From IMG/VR virus record IMGVR_UViG_3300050496_000069: 64,000 nt of DNA; one strand, 5' to 3'. Source of the stretch: a virus. A program made the position numbers and the translations under genes. Shown piece after piece: positions 9,348 through 18,646 of the stretch (position 1 is its first letter; the number at the start of each line of letters is the position of its first letter). The notes beneath the pieces were generated by a model. It was not told the DNA's origin. It saw only the letters and a list, made by a program, of their open reading frames with translations, and did not search any database.

Positions 9348-9763
9348 GGGAGGAGAGAATGCTTCTGAAACCCAACGTGCTTGAAGAACGTGGCATAAGC
9401 GTAACTGACCAGCCAGCCGACGGTGATTACATGGACGTCGACCAAGTGGAGCTATCCACTATCGATCGGCGTCTCATTGATAAGGCGTTGGCCATACCAG
9501 ATTTTAAAGAGGTCTACGCCTATGCAGGGCCGGAGAGGTTTTGGGCCGATCCTGACCGGACATCTGGCGCATCCATTCAGATGCTTTACAGCGATGACCT
9601 CAAGCAAGCCCTGATTCTCTATTTAGACCCTGCCCTGTCAGATGTGGTTATCGGTTCCGTTTCAGCGGACGATCCTGCCGAAGCTCTGCATGAGTGGTCG
9701 ATACAGTATCACGCCCGTGGGGGATCCCCGGTGATTGGTGCGGATGCGCCGCCAGAAGTTTGA
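9344..9763 (+). CDS. Hypothetical acidic protein
   Basis: 139 aa, ATGA overlap with SRAP. Confidence 0.55.
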   Translation: MREERMLLKPNVLEERGISVTDQPADGDYMDVDQVELSTIDRRLIDKALAIPDFKEVYAYAGPERFWADPDRTSGASIQMLYSDDLKQALILYLDPALSDVVIGSVSADDPAEALHEWSIQYHARGGSPVIGADAPPEV

Positions 9764-9774
9764 AGGTAGGAATA

Positions 9775-9936
9775 ATGAGCGACCAATCCAAAAATAGCGA
9801 CGGCATTCACGAGAATCACTATTGCGAGCATCCTGGCTGCAAGAAATGGGGCGGCTTCGGGTATTCTCGATCGAAGGCCGAGAAATCCACCTGGCATTGC
9901 TGGGCGCATTATCCGCATAAGGAGACACTACAATGA
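9775..9936 (+). CDS. Small Cys/His protein
   Basis: HYCEHPGCKKWG..WHCWAH; start reassigned to MSDQ. Confidence 0.55.
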   Translation: MSDQSKNSDGIHENHYCEHPGCKKWGGFGYSRSKAEKSTWHCWAHYPHKETLQ

Positions 9937-10148
9937 TAACCCGCATTTCCCGCCAGAAGAACGCGGAACAACGGTTGGCAATGGCCCTTCGCCAGTTAAA
10001 CGATGCGATCAAAGAAGTTCACAAGACAGGCCTCGACGTCGATATCAGCACCCTGACGATGCATACATCTCGTGGCCCAATGACGCAGGTAAATTTAAAG
10101 ACGTTCAGAGCTGAAGGTGCGCCGCCGGTGCTGCGTGTGGTGGAATAG
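9933..10148 (+). CDS. Hypothetical protein
   Basis: 71 aa, ATGA overlap. Confidence 0.6.
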   Translation: MITRISRQKNAEQRLAMALRQLNDAIKEVHKTGLDVDISTLTMHTSRGPMTQVNLKTFRAEGAPPVLRVVE

Positions 10149-10253
10149 CTAATTTGTTCGGAACCGAGTTTAAGGTCGCGAGTTTTTAAGGTCGGACGGA
10201 CCCTTTCCCCCCCTCCGCCCATTGCTCCTAGTGCCCTTTAGTTGGCACTATTA

Positions 10254-10282
10254 GAACCCTCCCCGCCGGAGGGTTTCTTTTT
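10254..10282 (+). terminator. Rho-independent terminator
   Basis: AACCCTCC-CCGCC-GGAGGGTT stem-loop followed by TCTTTTT. Confidence 0.7.
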
Positions 10283-10367
10283 GTCTGCCCTTTACCAGCC
10301 GTTTACATTGCTATGGCACGCTGAAGCCAAGCGCGAAATGTGTTCAGTACGCGCGGTTTTTCCCAAC

Positions 10368-10397
10368 TAGCCCGCCACACTCGGCGGGTTTTGTTTT
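10368..10397 (+). terminator. Second Rho-independent terminator
   Basis: CCCGCC-ACACTC-GGCGGG followed by TTTTGTTTT. Confidence 0.65.
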
Positions 10398-10412
10398 GCT
10401 CTCGCAACAAAT

Positions 10413-10444
10413 AAAAAACCCGCCTACCTCTCGGCAAGCGGGCT
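10413..10444 (-). terminator. Probable terminator of the late (lysis) operon
   Basis: CCCGC..GCGGG stem with AAAAAA on the plus strand (U tract on minus), right after the last lysis gene. Confidence 0.5.
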
Positions 10445-10447
10445 AAA

Positions 10448-10792
10448 TTAGGAAGCCCGCGTCGCGCGCGGCTTTGATTGATTTTCGACGATGCGATCCA
10501 CGCGCAACGTCATCTTGTCGACGGCGTCCTTCACGGCGCCGATGGCGCCCATGATCTGCTCAGTCTGTTCGCGAAGGCCGGACTTTGAGACGTAGGTTTC
10601 CGCCACATGCAGGCGGTGAGCCGCGAGCTCTTCCCTCGCAAGGGACGCCATTGCCGAAGCCGCAGATGCGGCGCCAGACGCCTCCATCTTTGCGGCACTG
10701 ATCTTCGCGTCGACGTACTTCCAGAGACCGAAGAGGAAACCGAACAGCAGCACGAAGAACCCGCCGACAGCCATGATCTCGGGGCCGGTCAT
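10448..10792 (-). CDS. Single-TM coiled-coil lysis-module protein (holin-like candidate)
   Basis: N-terminal TM MAVGGFFVLLFGFLFGLW; coupled to the o-spanin stop. Confidence 0.55.
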   Translation of the reverse strand: MTGPEIMAVGGFFVLLFGFLFGLWKYVDAKISAAKMEASGAASAASAMASLAREELAAHRLHVAETYVSKSGLREQTEQIMGAIGAVKDAVDKMTLRVDRIVENQSKPRATRAS

Positions 10793-10980
10793 GGCTTCAC
10801 CCCGCACAGCTCGTGAAGCTTTGTGTTTTCAATGAGGATTTGCCGCTGCGTTTCCGGCGTCATGGTATCGTCCGTTGACGGCCGCACCGGTCGCGCGATG
10901 TCGCAGTAATTACCGCTTGTCGCGCATCCACTGAGTAAGACGACGATCAACATCATTGTCGCCAAGATTTTTGATTTCAT
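10789..10980 (-). CDS. Outer-membrane spanin (Rz1-like lipoprotein)
   Basis: MKSK..VVLLSGC lipobox; overlaps the 3' end of the i-spanin gene in another frame. Confidence 0.75.
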   Translation of the reverse strand: MKSKILATMMLIVVLLSGCATSGNYCDIARPVRPSTDDTMTPETQRQILIENTKLHELCGVKP

Positions 10981-11146
10981 GCTCGACGTCCCCGGCCTTC
11001 TTGATAGCCTTGGCATTCGCCGCAGCCTGCTCGTCCTTCGCCGCGGTGCGCCCTGCCCGCTGGCCATACAAAAAGACGCCCGCGAGGATCGCGAGCGCCG
11101 TGCCCATTGCGGCTAGGTAGCCTTTAAGCTTGGCGATGATCATCAA
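10910..11146 (-). CDS. Inner-membrane spanin (Rz-like)
   Basis: N-terminal TM followed by an Ala/Lys helical segment; directly after the endolysin. Confidence 0.7.
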   Translation of the reverse strand: MMIIAKLKGYLAAMGTALAILAGVFLYGQRAGRTAAKDEQAAANAKAIKKAGDVEHEIKNLGDNDVDRRLTQWMRDKR

Positions 11147-12066
11147 ACCACCACCTCCTTGCCGCGCCAGCTATTCCACCGGCGTGCGATCACGTCGCGG
11201 TTGCGATAGGCGACATAGCCGACAACCGCCACAAGCACGCCTGCGGCGATCCAGCCCCATGGAAGGCCCGCGGTGAAGGCAAGCATTCCAGAACCGGCCG
11301 CAGAGCTTGCGCCCTTTGCCACCACGTCCTTGGCCGCGCCTGCGTCGCGACGAAGCTGTGCGATGGTGGCAGGACCGATGATGCCGTCGGCGACAAGGTG
11401 CGGGTGTGCCTTCTGATAGGCGATTACGGCAGCCTTGGTCTTTTCACCCATCCAACCGTCGATAGCGCCGGGATTGAGGCCAGCAGTCGTGAGCAGCTCC
11501 TGCGCTTCCTTCACAACTGGATCCGGTGGCACCGGCGGAGCCGCCGTCACGTCTTTCGTCACGCCAACGCCGGTATAGAAGCCCTTCTCGAATAGAAGCG
11601 CCTCTTCCTTGCGGCGGCGTACGAGGCCGGGCAGTTTCTTGCCTTTCGCAGTGTTGTAATTGCTTGCGAGATGAGCGGCGGCCTTCTTGATCTGGCCCTT
11701 GCGCCACAGCTCAGCCCACGTCCAGTTCATCGCGCCGACGCCGAGATTGAACGTCACAGATGCAGCAGCGTCCAGCTCATGCTGTTTGCGATTCTCGGGC
11801 GAACCAGCAACGACTGCAGGCACGTACTCGGCAGCAAGAACAGCGTCGAGGATAACATCGCTCTGCGCTGCGGTGATCTTGGTCTTTCCTGGCACAAGCT
11901 TCGCAATGCCGATTTTTGCGAGCTCACGACGAACGGAATCGCTGCCCATTGTGAAGCCCGTACCGATCGTCGGAATGCCGACTGGGTCGAGATAGCAGGT
12001 AAGTGGATTGCCCTCGTGCAGGCGCACAAAAGCCCTCCCCTGTGTGGAGATTTTGGTGATTGGCAT
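11143..12066 (-). CDS. Endolysin: GH24 lysozyme, peptidoglycan-binding domain and C-terminal TM helix
   Basis: HEG..YLD..GIPTIG (E-D-T triad), GLVRRRKEE, DGWMGEKT..AVIAYQ..ADGIIGPAT, C-terminal WIAAGVLVAVVGYVAY. Confidence 0.9.
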   Translation of the reverse strand: MPITKISTQGRAFVRLHEGNPLTCYLDPVGIPTIGTGFTMGSDSVRRELAKIGIAKLVPGKTKITAAQSDVILDAVLAAEYVPAVVAGSPENRKQHELDAAASVTFNLGVGAMNWTWAELWRKGQIKKAAAHLASNYNTAKGKKLPGLVRRRKEEALLFEKGFYTGVGVTKDVTAAPPVPPDPVVKEAQELLTTAGLNPGAIDGWMGEKTKAAVIAYQKAHPHLVADGIIGPATIAQLRRDAGAAKDVVAKGASSAAGSGMLAFTAGLPWGWIAAGVLVAVVGYVAYRNRDVIARRWNSWRGKEVVV

Positions 12067-12116
12067 TTGGGAGTCCTTATGGGTGCCGGGTTACGCTACC
12101 GGCCAAGCGATGATCA

Positions 12117-12689
12117 CTACGCAGATGGCGCGAGGATTTCCGTTGCGCGTTCGGCGCCGAAAAGTGTTGTGGCGATCTGCAGCAGGAGCGGCCACAGCTC
12201 ATGGTCACTGCGGTATGAGTTGGCACTTTCGAAGATTTTGCGGGTGCGGATTGGTTGGGTTTCCATAGAGGAAAGCACCTGCGCAACCTCGCCGCCATTG
12301 CCATCTTCGCCACCGTCGAGACGCGTCCAGAAATCGACGGCATAAACGGTAGTGACCGGGTCTGTCACAACAGGAGCTTGAAACTCGCCGCCCACCAAAA
12401 GCCAGCCGAGTTGCGGTACCGGTTCGCCGGCTTCAACCTCGATCAGCTCGAATTGAGACGGCAGCGAAAGCATGGACACATCGGCGCTGATGCAAACCGC
12501 AACCCCGTTCACGACAGCTACCTTGGTCGTTCCCGATGTGTCAGCACCAGCCGCAAACTCGTAAAATAGCCAGCTCCATGCGTAGAGGTCTGCGCCATCT
12601 GACTGTCGCTGCCAGAACAAGGCGTTGACAGGCATACCGAACGGTATTTCGTCGGGAACATAGCTTTCCCATACACCGCGATTTTTCAT
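12117..12689 (-). CDS. Tail fibre assembly-type protein
   Basis: Follows the tail fibre gene; WQRQSDGADLY motif typical of fibre chaperone neighbours. Confidence 0.55.
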   Translation of the reverse strand: MKNRGVWESYVPDEIPFGMPVNALFWQRQSDGADLYAWSWLFYEFAAGADTSGTTKVAVVNGVAVCISADVSMLSLPSQFELIEVEAGEPVPQLGWLLVGGEFQAPVVTDPVTTVYAVDFWTRLDGGEDGNGGEVAQVLSSMETQPIRTRKIFESANSYRSDHELWPLLLQIATTLFGAERATEILAPSA

Positions 12690-12699
12690 GAGATTACCC

Positions 12700-14241
12700 T
12701 TAAACCTGCGCTACAGTTACCCAATTCCCGCTAACGTCTGTTTGCTGGACGGCGCGATAGGCAACTTCTCGGGCGGCGTAGATGCCATCCGACCTAATTG
12801 CCGTAAGGAATGATCCTGACGGAGCTATTGTCCACTGATCAATAACGGTCGTAGCGACACCCTGAGCGCCAAGACGAACTTGCCTGGCTGCGGACGGGAC
12901 CACATCCATAACCGTTCGTGCTTGCGCCGCCGTGAGGTCCTGCACATCGCCCGTTCCCGTGGCAACACGCCCTTTGATTGTGGCCGTGGCTACGTTAGAC
13001 AGCAGCGCGTTCGTAACAACGCTATTCGGTGCTGCCTTCAAGACTTTTCCGCTTGTCCCACTGGAAACAACCAGACCATTATCTACCGATGAAGCAGGGC
13101 CGGTAACATTGCCTTCAGTGAGGTCCCAAGCGCCCCAAGTCCAGTCAACGCTTGCACTGGCCCGGTTGCCAACTCGCTTGTACGTAACCCCGGTTGTTGT
13201 CCGCCAGATTTGGGTGACATGCGTCGAGTATCGCGGGTAAATTTCGACATAACCTGCATGGGTCGCGGGGTTCCCAAGCGGGCCACTCGCATAGCTGCCG
13301 GTCGTGGTGTACACACCGCCGACAGTCAGAGTGTTGAAATCGCCGTCCGTTAGTCCAACGCCAGCCGCCGAGGGTGTTGGTATCGTCCCACCAAAGACAG
13401 GACCAAGTGAGGCCAACGCCTCAAGCGTGGTGAGCGCCTTGGTCAGAAAACCGCTCGTACCGCTGAAACCAACGAAGGAGTTGGCAACCACCGCTGCGCC
13501 GGGACCGGAAAGGTCGCCGTCCATGCGCTTCCATGAACCCCATGAGTTGGCGTTTCTGGCTCGACGCCATACGTTGCCATTGGACGCTCTTATGTATTTC
13601 TGTATCGCCCCCGTAGTGGTGCTGTACATGCCGACTGAGAGCATACCTGCTGCCGCTTCGGGAATGCCTGCAGTTCCAGACGTCACGGCATAGTTGCCAT
13701 TTGTCAGGACCGTATCCGCGTCCGCGATTGCTGGCGACAATTCCCGCAGCCGTGTCGGCAACTGCCCGTTCGGGACTTCCCCCAAGGTACCGTATGCGGC
13801 CGAGCTATTGAGAGCGGCAATCAGCGACTTTCCGAGTGGAGATAGATCAGCAAGAGCTGCCGAGCCATTCTCATCAATCGTCAAGGCTTTGTTCGGCACG
13901 GCGGTGAGCTGCGATAAACCGTAAAGAATACCACCAGACAAAGAACCGAGAACCCTTCGCATAGCCTCAACGGCTATGACGTCGGGGCTGGTCAGTTCGA
14001 TCTTGTAAGCCGCATTCGTTTGCGCTGGACCTGGCCAATTATCCTCAAGGGTCAACTGCGTGTTGCTGTCGACCGAAGCGATGATGATTGGCCGTCCGAC
14101 ATGAATGCCAAACTTGTCACCAGCCTTGATTGCCGTCAGTCCACCGACGACAGAAAGCCAGTTCGTGCCGGTACCGGTCACAGTCTTGGAGTTGACTGCA
14201 ACCGTCGCCGTACCGGTGTTGTAGTAAGCAACGCCCGCCAT
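12700..14241 (-). CDS. Tail fibre / receptor-binding protein
   Basis: YNTGTATVAVNSKTVTGTGTNW N-terminus; two knob-like repeats (DADTVLTNGNY..WGSWK; DFNTLTVGGVY..WGAW). Confidence 0.85.
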   Translation of the reverse strand: MAGVAYYNTGTATVAVNSKTVTGTGTNWLSVVGGLTAIKAGDKFGIHVGRPIIIASVDSNTQLTLEDNWPGPAQTNAAYKIELTSPDVIAVEAMRRVLGSLSGGILYGLSQLTAVPNKALTIDENGSAALADLSPLGKSLIAALNSSAAYGTLGEVPNGQLPTRLRELSPAIADADTVLTNGNYAVTSGTAGIPEAAAGMLSVGMYSTTTGAIQKYIRASNGNVWRRARNANSWGSWKRMDGDLSGPGAAVVANSFVGFSGTSGFLTKALTTLEALASLGPVFGGTIPTPSAAGVGLTDGDFNTLTVGGVYTTTGSYASGPLGNPATHAGYVEIYPRYSTHVTQIWRTTTGVTYKRVGNRASASVDWTWGAWDLTEGNVTGPASSVDNGLVVSSGTSGKVLKAAPNSVVTNALLSNVATATIKGRVATGTGDVQDLTAAQARTVMDVVPSAARQVRLGAQGVATTVIDQWTIAPSGSFLTAIRSDGIYAAREVAYRAVQQTDVSGNWVTVAQV

Positions 14242-14459
14242 TATTCGGTTTCTCCGTCGATGGTATCGCCGTCACCGCGCGCAACACGCAGATCGGCTTC
14301 GAGGCCGGTGATTTTATCGAGAAGCACTTTGTTCTCTGCATTCTGCATAGCGAGGTGCTGAGCGAGAAACAGATTGCGCTGTTTGAAGAACTCTTCGCGC
14401 GCGTTCGCTTCTTGCAGAGCGACCAGAGGGTCAATCTGCATGGTGTTGCCGGTTGTCAT
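14241..14459 (-). CDS. Small coiled-coil tail-module protein
   Basis: 72 aa, coupled to the fibre start. Confidence 0.6.
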   Translation of the reverse strand: MTTGNTMQIDPLVALQEANAREEFFKQRNLFLAQHLAMQNAENKVLLDKITGLEADLRVARGDGDTIDGETE

Positions 14460-14468
14460 GGGATTTCC

Positions 14469-17400
14469 TTAGCGCTTGAAGGTGGATGCTATCAAAATCG
14501 TCCTATCCACCGAACCGATGAACGGACCGCCAGAAACGGTGACTCTGAACGTAGTGGAAGATTGACCGGACGCAGGCGTATAGAGAACGATATCGCTCCC
14601 AACGTAGCGGAACCCGCTGGCATCATCCGTCGAGTTGAAGATGCAGAAGTTGCTCACTTCGCCACCGTTGGTGATGTTTTGCGTAACGATCTGGGACTTT
14701 CCGTTGACCGTTCCGCCAGATATCAGCTTGCTAACTATATCAAGGCGCACAGTCGGAGATCCTTGGCCGTGACTCACCGTGACATCAAACGTACCAGTGC
14801 CAGTTCTCGCGTTGGCGTCGACCCTCGTGATTGCGCCTGGCTCGATGTTAGAGGTTCCAACCTGAAGGTTGCCAACAATGGCGTTCTCAATGTTGACATT
14901 TCCCAACTCACCAGACAGCGCCGAAAGGCTGTTGACGCGGACGTCATCCAGGTAAAGCACGCCGCCCTGATAGACGAAGGGTCGCTTCAGGGAAGACGGG
15001 TCAGTCCCGAACATCAGGATTTGGTCGGCCTGCATCAGGATGCGCGTTGGCAATGAAGGACTGGAAGGAGCATCCATCATAAATGATGCTGCTCTTGTCG
15101 AGCCGTCATTAACTACGGTCACGATGCTAAAACGCGCATCGTATCCCGCTGGGCCTGCACTGGCCTCCCATTTCACTCTAACTTGGGCAGAATTGCCGCC
15201 CAGTGCCGCCGTTAGCGTGTCTGTCCGCGTTGCCAGTGCAGATGTTGCATTGGCGACCACAAGTATGTCCGAAGACAAACTTGCCGTCGCGGCGCCAAAC
15301 TCAACCTCAATCTCGTCCACCCTGCCTGCGAGCGCTTGATTGGCGTCAGCAACGGCTATGACCTGGCTAGTGAGACTTGCGATAGACCCGTTAAAGGATA
15401 CGCCAAGTTCTTCAACTTTGAGCGCAACAGCGGATGTTGCGCTGACGGCAACCTCGATCTTCTCGTTATAATCAGCGCGAGCGTCGCCAAGCGCCAAAGA
15501 AAGACTGCGGCGGATGGACTCGCTGTGCTCCATGCCAGCGGCGGACATTTCCAACTGCGCAGCGATCAGACCCTGAATTTTGTCTTTTGCTGACCTAGCG
15601 CTATCGTTCAGCCATGCGAGGCCTTGTTCAATACCACTCAGATCAATGTCGACATAAACATCAAGGTCGGAAAGCAGCACGTTCGGCGTAGTGACCGGGA
15701 TAAATCCCGACCACAAAACCGGCCTGTCGCCACCTGGTATGTAGCGACCACGAGCAACATAACTCTCGTTCGGCAGAAGGCTCTGCGAGATCAGCATTGA
15801 GCCGACTTGCGGCTGGTCGGTACGGCCCTCGCTTACCTTTTCAAGCGTGGCTTGAAGCCGGACCTCATACTCAATGCCAATGACATCATCGAGGCGACCG
15901 TCGCTATTATCCCACGTCAGCCGGATGGCAGGTCGCCTATCGTCACCCGCCGCGTCTTTGATTGTGGCCGGTTCAGCGAACCAGTCGACAATCGCCTGCG
16001 GCGTCGGTCGAATGACCCCAATCTGCCCGTCAACAGGAGGCTTGAAATCGGCGTTCGTGTTCCAGTCGTAATCGGCTGGATCAACCTCAGTGATGTCGAC
16101 CATCACATCGAGGTTGGCGCGATCGGCCACGCCATCGAGGCGCATGAGCTTGGCGACGTAGCCGTTACGCTCTGACGTCCACGAGAACACCGTCCCCGGC
16201 GTCGCGTAGGCCCAGAAGCGCGGAGGCAGTACAATCGTGTGCCTGCGGAAGCGTCGGGCCTCTTCGAGCGCCGACCTCATCAGCCGCTGCACCTGCTCCG
16301 CATACGGAACAAAGTTCAAATCGACGTCGGCCATAAGACGACGGTTACCGTCGATCGCTTCAAGGTCAGTCCGATAGAGCGGCGGCGCAGTCTTTGATAC
16401 CCAGCCGTCTTGCGGAGAAGGATAGTTAGCCGAAACACCGTTGATAGTGTCTGCCAAACCAAGGAACGGCGTGAATTCCTGCTCTTCAGTGGACAGGATA
16501 TCATCGTCGGTGAATGCAATAACAGGAGCATCCGGAGCACCAGAATGCAGGTAGTAGACGCCACCAACTTCCGAAATCTTGCCTTGGCAGGCCGTGAGCA
16601 ACGCCTCAACAGCAGACGTCAGCGGAGCCTCGACCTGGACTTCGCCGCCGCTTCGGTAGGTGTTTACCCATCCAGTCGATTCTAGCGTACCGGCGCGGTG
16701 CTTTTCGATCTGGGCAATCCACGCCAAAGCAGGAAGGCGCGCCGCCGCCATGTTCTGCAGGCCGTAGAACCATTGGCCGTTATAGGTTATGCCGCGCAGC
16801 AGATTGTAAATCTGTACCGCTGGCAGGAAGTCGCCATCCCCACCCCAAGTTGCCGGATCGGCATAGCGATGAATGCCGACGCCGCCGACAGTGCTGTCGC
16901 GCGACGGGTCATAAAGGCGCATGCCTTCAAGGACAAACTTGAAGGACGGCACACCCGAGAACATGTTCTTCGACACGCGCGCCGTGACGATAGCGTAAGC
17001 AACTCCTCGCCCGATGCGATCGGGGTTCCACCATCTGTTGCCATTCGATACCGACGTGAACAGGAAGCTATCAGCCGTCGTCTGCGTGCCGTCGTAGAAC
17101 TTGACCCAGAGGCTGTCCGGATATTCGTTGACGGCATAGCCGCGATCCGTCAGCCCGCCGAGCGTTACGCGCTCGCCATTGACCCAGACTTCAGCAAGGC
17201 CACGGATCGGCATATCCGACAGCGCAATGACCTGCGTCAGGTAGGCGTTCGGCGTGTCGCCATCCTGTCCCCACGTGTTGACAAAAACAAGCGAGCCAGC
17301 TGTGGCAGTACGACCGAGGATAAAGGAGCGCGAGATATCGCCTCCGCCTTGCAGTGTGCCGTTGATGGAGAAAATCGGGTCTTTGGTTTTGCCAGCGAGC

Positions 17401-17528
17401 GACTGGGCGAGCAGGCTGACGCCGACGCCTACAGCCGTTTTTAGCAGGAAAGAGCCTACAACACCGAGGCCGCCAATAAAGGTCGACACAGCGGAGAACG
17501 CCGCTGCGACCGCGCTGAAAAATGGCAT
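14469..17528 (-). CDS. Tail tip / host-specificity protein (lambda J-like central tail hub)
   Basis: 1019 aa; GRGVAYAIV, FVLEGMRLYDPSRDS, fibronectin-like region and coiled-coil C-terminus. Confidence 0.85.
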   Translation of the reverse strand: MPFFSAVAAAFSAVSTFIGGLGVVGSFLLKTAVGVGVSLLAQSLAGKTKDPIFSINGTLQGGGDISRSFILGRTATAGSLVFVNTWGQDGDTPNAYLTQVIALSDMPIRGLAEVWVNGERVTLGGLTDRGYAVNEYPDSLWVKFYDGTQTTADSFLFTSVSNGNRWWNPDRIGRGVAYAIVTARVSKNMFSGVPSFKFVLEGMRLYDPSRDSTVGGVGIHRYADPATWGGDGDFLPAVQIYNLLRGITYNGQWFYGLQNMAAARLPALAWIAQIEKHRAGTLESTGWVNTYRSGGEVQVEAPLTSAVEALLTACQGKISEVGGVYYLHSGAPDAPVIAFTDDDILSTEEQEFTPFLGLADTINGVSANYPSPQDGWVSKTAPPLYRTDLEAIDGNRRLMADVDLNFVPYAEQVQRLMRSALEEARRFRRHTIVLPPRFWAYATPGTVFSWTSERNGYVAKLMRLDGVADRANLDVMVDITEVDPADYDWNTNADFKPPVDGQIGVIRPTPQAIVDWFAEPATIKDAAGDDRRPAIRLTWDNSDGRLDDVIGIEYEVRLQATLEKVSEGRTDQPQVGSMLISQSLLPNESYVARGRYIPGGDRPVLWSGFIPVTTPNVLLSDLDVYVDIDLSGIEQGLAWLNDSARSAKDKIQGLIAAQLEMSAAGMEHSESIRRSLSLALGDARADYNEKIEVAVSATSAVALKVEELGVSFNGSIASLTSQVIAVADANQALAGRVDEIEVEFGAATASLSSDILVVANATSALATRTDTLTAALGGNSAQVRVKWEASAGPAGYDARFSIVTVVNDGSTRAASFMMDAPSSPSLPTRILMQADQILMFGTDPSSLKRPFVYQGGVLYLDDVRVNSLSALSGELGNVNIENAIVGNLQVGTSNIEPGAITRVDANARTGTGTFDVTVSHGQGSPTVRLDIVSKLISGGTVNGKSQIVTQNITNGGEVSNFCIFNSTDDASGFRYVGSDIVLYTPASGQSSTTFRVTVSGGPFIGSVDRTILIASTFKR

Positions 17529-17535
17529 AGTTACC

Positions 17536-17973
17536 TCAGATTTTCTTGATGTGTCTTACGTCCGACCGGGCATACCCAAGGCCACGCAACGCTCTCGTCA
17601 TGGCTTCCGGCCTAATGCCCTCCTGCGCGGACATCTGGCAGAATTGGCAGCCCGCCTCTTTTGCCCACCGCTCGTATTCCGTCACGAAGGTATTCAGAGC
17701 GCCATTTCGAGTAGCTGGAGTTGCCCATATCAGGAACTCGTCGGCCACCCTTACCGGTGCTATTTGGCTGACGCCGTACTGAGCCATAAACATCGCACTG
17801 ACGGGGCTTCCCGACACCAGGCAGAGCTTATTGTTACCGGAGATGAAGTCTGCCACCGTTACGCTGAAATGCTCGGCGCTGAACGGGAATGGAAAGTCGT
17901 GCGACTTATGGAATTGCTTGGCCAAGGCAACAATTGCGGGGATATCCCTGACAGACGCTCGCCTGACGTCCAT
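17536..17973 (-). CDS. GNAT-family acetyltransferase in the tail module
   Basis: VRRASVRDIPAIV start; YERWAKEAGC..LRGLGYA motif. Confidence 0.65.
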   Translation of the reverse strand: MDVRRASVRDIPAIVALAKQFHKSHDFPFPFSAEHFSVTVADFISGNNKLCLVSGSPVSAMFMAQYGVSQIAPVRVADEFLIWATPATRNGALNTFVTEYERWAKEAGCQFCQMSAQEGIRPEAMTRALRGLGYARSDVRHIKKI

Positions 17974-18638
17974 CAGAAGATTCCTAAAAACTTTTTCCGC
18001 TTCGGCTGCGTCGCGACCTTGCCCTTTTCAGAGCCCCAGAAGAACTCCCACTCGGACGAGGTGTCAGCATCGGTGTAGAATGCATCACCGGCCTGTCGCA
18101 GCACCTGTGTGGCGTGGCTTCGTGTTGACGGATTGGAGCGTGTCATCTCCTGCGTGTGGCTGGCGCAAACCATCGTCACGCTTCCCTCTTCGTTCTCAGA
18201 GGGTGTGTTGATCGTAATGGTATCGACGAAGCCAACAAAGCGGCATTCGGCCGGCGCGACCATCTGCCGACTGTCCGGATCAAATAGGCCTCGGTAAATC
18301 TCGACACGTGCCTGCTTGCAATCGTACTGCCGTACCAGCGTCTGGACGTGCTCGCTCACCTGTGACAGGCGGATGTTGACGTTCTGAACCGACAGGTTGG
18401 CAACCAGAGGAATGTCATCGATCTGAACAAGAGTGCCGGAGCCATACCAGTCACGCGTAACCGGCAGGCCCGTATCCGGGTGCACGATGGCTGCCGACAC
18501 ATTGCCGACGTCCGACCACATGCCATCGGTGACCGGCGCACCAGTTGCTCGGTCACGCGCGACAAACCAGAGGAAGTCACGCGCCACCAGCTGCCGCGCC
18601 TCAAGCGCAGCAAGGTTTTCTGCTGAGATGTTTCTCAT
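17973..18638 (-). CDS. Tail tip / baseplate hub protein
   Basis: Position between distal tail and tip genes; ARVEIYRG..FVGFVD motif. Confidence 0.7.
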   Translation of the reverse strand: MRNISAENLAALEARQLVARDFLWFVARDRATGAPVTDGMWSDVGNVSAAIVHPDTGLPVTRDWYGSGTLVQIDDIPLVANLSVQNVNIRLSQVSEHVQTLVRQYDCKQARVEIYRGLFDPDSRQMVAPAECRFVGFVDTITINTPSENEEGSVTMVCASHTQEMTRSNPSTRSHATQVLRQAGDAFYTDADTSSEWEFFWGSEKGKVATQPKRKKFLGIF

Positions 18639-18646
18639 GATACCCC

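Noticed and set aside
12700-17528. Diversity-generating retroelement or invertible tail-fibre cassette
   Set aside because: No reverse transcriptase, TR/VR pair, invertase or flanking inverted repeats seen.
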